A stretch of DNA of 64,000 nucleotides, taken from Candidatus Multivoradales bacterium (GTDB lineage Bacteria; Acidobacteriota; Thermoanaerobaculia; Multivoradales; JAHEKO01). Shown here in pieces: positions 60,704 through 64,000 of the stretch. The notes under the pieces were generated by a model. That model was not told where the DNA came from. It searched no databases and saw only the letters and a list, made by a program, of their open reading frames with translations. The DNA lies in assembly GCA_965223155.1 (NCBI GenBank), contig CBDCVR010000015.1, forward strand, positions 864,001 through 928,000, given 5' to 3'. Every line of letters starts with the position of its first letter. Within the stretch, counting starts at the first letter, position 1. The position numbers and the translations under genes were made by a program.

Positions 60704-61951
60704 CTAGAACAGCCGCCGTGGCTTGACCGTCAGGTTCGCGAGCAAGAGGCCGGTCACCAGCGACAGCGCGATCAAGAGCATCGTAAAGGCGGTCTCGACG
60801 CCCGAGACGACGTCCTTGGCGAGTAGGGCTGAAAGACTACGGAAGCCCAGGCTTCCAGGTACCAGGAGCAGCATCGCCGGCAGCACCGGTATCGCCGAGG
60901 GAACGTCCCGCCAGCGCGAAATCCACGCTCCCGAGGTCCCCAGCAGCCAGGCTCCCACGCAGGTACCCAACTCGAGCCCCAAATACTCGGTGCCGAGGCG
61001 AGTGCCGAAGAAGGCCACGGCGATCATCGCCAGAAGAACCGGCGCATCCTTGGGCCGAGCCCGGAAGAGGACGGTGAGCGCCAGGGCGGTGACCACGAGC
61101 GCTCCCAGCACCACGCCGAACGGCACCGGGTCGGGCGGGGTCACCGCGGCATCGCCCACGAAGCGGCTCGCCACCGCCTGACCCAGAGCCACGCCGAAGG
61201 CGATCTGAAGAAAGGTGGTGAGCGCTCCGATCAGCCGCGCCGAGCCGCTGACGATATGGCGGTGAGCGAGCTCGTTGACCGCGATCGTGAGCGTCAGCCC
61301 GGGCAGGAGAACGATCAGGCCGGCAAGCGTCGGAATGAACGGAAAGAGACGGCCAACCAACGGCTGCGCCAGCGACGCACCGGCCGCGCAAACAATCCCG
61401 GCGACCGCCGGAAAGATGAGAGCGAAGCGCTCCGAGCGGCCGGCGAACTGGACCAGAAGTCCGATGATCGTGCCCAGAACCGCCGCCACCGCGGCCTCGC
61501 GCCAGCTGCCGTCGAAAAAGAGCGCTACCGTGGTCGAAGCGGCGGCGAAGCTCGCCACGCTGGCTGCGGCGCCGTAGAGCGGCGGCCGCGAGGCCAGGGC
61601 CTCGAGCCGCAGCGAGGCATCCTCGAGCGCCAGCGTCCGGCTCAGGACGCCACGGACGACTTCGTGGACCTCGGCCAGCTTGGACAGGTCGGCCTCCTCC
61701 TGGTCGACCCGCAAGAGGGAAGTCTCGGCCCGCCCTTCCTCTCCGATCGAGGTAACGATCGAGGTCGGCGTCACCAGAAACTGCGCCGGCACATCCAACC
61801 GGGAGGCCACCTCGCCCAGAGCCCGCTCGATGCGATGCACCGGCGTGCCGTACCGGTGCAGGGCCCGAGCCAGACGCCGCAGGAAGCGGGCGGCAAGCTC
61901 CCGATCGGCGCCGTTCGAGCCTCCGGAACGGCCTGCCCCCGGCTGGATCAA
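60704..61951 (-). CDS. ThrE-family threonine/serine exporter
   Basis: LHRYGTPVHRIE, LLPGLTLTIAVNEL...SGSARL, LLVPGSLGF. Confidence 0.88.
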   Translation of the reverse strand: MIQPGAGRSGGSNGADRELAARFLRRLARALHRYGTPVHRIERALGEVASRLDVPAQFLVTPTSIVTSIGEEGRAETSLLRVDQEEADLSKLAEVHEVVRGVLSRTLALEDASLRLEALASRPPLYGAAASVASFAAASTTVALFFDGSWREAAVAAVLGTIIGLLVQFAGRSERFALIFPAVAGIVCAAGASLAQPLVGRLFPFIPTLAGLIVLLPGLTLTIAVNELAHRHIVSGSARLIGALTTFLQIAFGVALGQAVASRFVGDAAVTPPDPVPFGVVLGALVVTALALTVLFRARPKDAPVLLAMIAVAFFGTRLGTEYLGLELGTCVGAWLLGTSGAWISRWRDVPSAIPVLPAMLLLVPGSLGFRSLSALLAKDVVSGVETAFTMLLIALSLVTGLLLANLTVKPRRLF

Positions 61952-63162
61952 GGCAAGAAGGCTTTCGTGTTCGCCATCTTTTGCGGCAGGTACTCGTCGA
62001 GGACGTAGTTCAGTCCGTGCTTGGCGAGCGCCTGTTGCTCGACCCGGACGCCCATCTTGATCTGGCGCTCGAGGGCGTCCCGCCAGGGCTTGTGATGGCG
62101 GATGAAGGGATCGTTCTTGAGGGCGTCCTTGGCGCGCTTGACGTCGACGTCTTTGAGCGGATGAGTCGGCAGCTCGTAGTCGACGATGTCCTGCGGGGTC
62201 ACGCCCAGGAAGCGCGCCTGGGGCACGCAGAAGAACTCGTTCAAGTGCGCGGCGTTGCCCGATCCGACCTTGAGCGTCCGGTAGATGTTCGAGTAGCCGT
62301 AGGGATCACCATCCACGAAGACGTAGACCGGGAGCTTCTTCTCGTCCGCCAGCCGCCGGATGAACCGCCGGCAAGCCCGGGTCGGCACGCCGCCCAGGGA
62401 AATCAGGATGCAGTTGGCCTTGCGCCAGTACGCGTGCTTGACCAGGCGCTGGAACATGCCGGCGGTCTCGATCGCCAGCACGAACTCGGCGTCGGTCTCG
62501 AAGCCCAGCTCTTCGACCGAGATCGGAATCGAGTAGGCCCCGCTTCCGAACTTGGTGCAGTCGATCCGCAGGGTCTCGCCGGTCTCGCGGTCCCGGTCGA
62601 CGACCACCAGTTGACCGGCGACGGCGCCCCCTTTCTCCTCCGGGATGAAGCCGAGCTGTTCGCGGTTGACCTCGAACAGGGCCTCGACGTCTTCCATCAC
62701 CGCGTCCGACTCGGGCTGCTCGTTGAACCGGCACTCGTCCCAGTTCTTCGAAACGTAGTACGCCTCGCGCTTGGTGGCGATGTCGTCGGTCTCGACCAGC
62801 TCTTTCGAAAAGGCCATCATGCGCAGCGTCTGGGCGAAGGTCTTGACCGTGCCCACGGTGAGCGTTCTTTCCTTCTTCTTGCCCTTGATCCGGAAGTACC
62901 CTTCCTTGGGCCGGTAGATGACGTTCGAGAGGCTCCGGACCGGGAAGCGCAGGGACGGCGTTGCCTTCTTCAAGATCTTGGCGTGCACGGTCTTGGCCTG
63001 GCCGCGAATGCGCTCGACCACGCCCGCCGCCGAGACCGCCTCGGGCCGGGCTTTCCGAGCCTTCCGAGTCTTCCGGGCCTTTCCGGCCGCAGCCTTCTTG
63101 GTCTTCGTCCTGGAACCCGCTCCGGACCGGGCCTGGCCGCGGGTGGTTCGCTTCTTCGCCAT
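61948..63162 (-). CDS. top6A: DNA topoisomerase VI subunit A (Spo11/Top6A family)
   Basis: TKREAYY (catalytic Tyr), F..QPESD..MED, AIETAG, toprim DGDPYG, VEQQAL. Confidence 0.93.
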   Translation of the reverse strand: MAKKRTTRGQARSGAGSRTKTKKAAAGKARKTRKARKARPEAVSAAGVVERIRGQAKTVHAKILKKATPSLRFPVRSLSNVIYRPKEGYFRIKGKKKERTLTVGTVKTFAQTLRMMAFSKELVETDDIATKREAYYVSKNWDECRFNEQPESDAVMEDVEALFEVNREQLGFIPEEKGGAVAGQLVVVDRDRETGETLRIDCTKFGSGAYSIPISVEELGFETDAEFVLAIETAGMFQRLVKHAYWRKANCILISLGGVPTRACRRFIRRLADEKKLPVYVFVDGDPYGYSNIYRTLKVGSGNAAHLNEFFCVPQARFLGVTPQDIVDYELPTHPLKDVDVKRAKDALKNDPFIRHHKPWRDALERQIKMGVRVEQQALAKHGLNYVLDEYLPQKMANTKAFLP

Positions 63163-63396
63163 GGGCGGGATTCTAGCCTCGGCCGGCCCCTTCTCACCAA
63201 GGTTCGGCCGCTAGGCCCGCCCGAAACCCCTGCACACCGAAACCGTCTGAGCTTCCTTCATTCCACTCCGTCGGTCTCCTCGACGTCGCTACGGCTACGC
63301 CATTGTCATCCCCGGTCACAAGCCTCGAATCTCTCGCGAGTCGCGACCTCTGGACGCAAACCCCGGGGACGACGTGCGGGCTAGAATCAGGCCGCC

Positions 63397-64000
63397 ATGG
63401 ACTCCTCGGTCGAGCCTTCGGGACCGTCGGCGCGCCCCTCTCAGAGCACGGCGCGCAAGCTCGCGATCCTATGGGCGATGTATTTCGTCCAGGGACTGCC
63501 GTTCGGCTTCCAGGCGACGGCGCTGCCCGTCTACCTGCGCGAAGCGGGCATCTCGCTCACCGCCATCGGCTTTGCCACCGTGCTCTCGCTGCCCTGGATG
63601 CTCAAGGCCTTCTGGGCGCCGCTGGTTGACCGCTACGGTGGCGGCCGCCTGGGCCGGCGCCGTTCCTGGATCTTGCCGCTGGAGCTGGTCCTGGCCGGGC
63701 TCTGCGCCGCAGCCGCCTTTCTCGAACCGACCTCTGGGCTGGGCGCTCTCCTGACACTCGTCTTCCTGATGAACCTGGCGGCGGCGACCATGGACATTGC
63801 CGTCGATGGCCTGGCGGTCGATCTCCTCACCCTGCCCGAGCTGGGCAAGGGCAACATCGCCCAGGTGGTCGGCTACAAGATCGGCATGCTGACCGGCGGC
63901 GGCGTCCTGCTCTGGGCGAGCTCCCGCATCGGCTGGCAGGGCCTCTTCCTGACCATGGCGGTCCTCATCCTGCTCGCCACCGCCATCACCAGCACCTACC
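63397..64000 (+). CDS. AmpG/RhtX/FptX-like MFS transporter, partial (runs off the window edge)
   Basis: Manual translation: YFVQGLPFGF...LPWMLKAFWAPLVDRY...RRRSW...ATMDIAVDGLAV. Confidence 0.88.
   Translation, partial: MDSSVEPSGPSARPSQSTARKLAILWAMYFVQGLPFGFQATALPVYLREAGISLTAIGFATVLSLPWMLKAFWAPLVDRYGGGRLGRRRSWILPLELVLAGLCAAAAFLEPTSGLGALLTLVFLMNLAAATMDIAVDGLAVDLLTLPELGKGNIAQVVGYKIGMLTGGGVLLWASSRIGWQGLFLTMAVLILLATAITSTY

Overview
High-GC bacterial chromosomal segment. The gene mix (VPS10/BNR propellers, DUF885, DUF2911, DUF6526, several sulfatase-like proteins) suggests Acidobacteriota, possibly Thermoanaerobaculia; this is inference only. It holds about 50 real CDS, and most long ORFs in the track are antisense shadows. 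No rRNA, tRNA or CRISPR array was seen. Main points: (1) A compact lasso-peptide-like RiPP locus at 22.4-25.5 kb: RRE/PqqD, asparagine-synthetase-like cyclase, a small non-canonical precursor and a convergent HPr-kinase-like gene. No leader peptidase (B2) is visible, and the locus sits between two divergent VPS10-like paralogs. (2) An atypical di-heme cytochrome c peroxidase/MauG-like gene translationally coupled to a PhnDCE-type ABC transporter and a beta-barrel, behind a consensus sigma70 promoter with tandem palindromes. (3) A histidine kinase with a VUT/YhhQ-like membrane domain. (4) A leaderless arsR-arsM unit beside an IS5-family element. (5) Three Thr-nucleophile sulfatase-like genes with a sulfotransferase. 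(6) A topoisomerase VI subunit A with no adjacent B subunit. All family assignments come from motif recognition by eye, not database searches.
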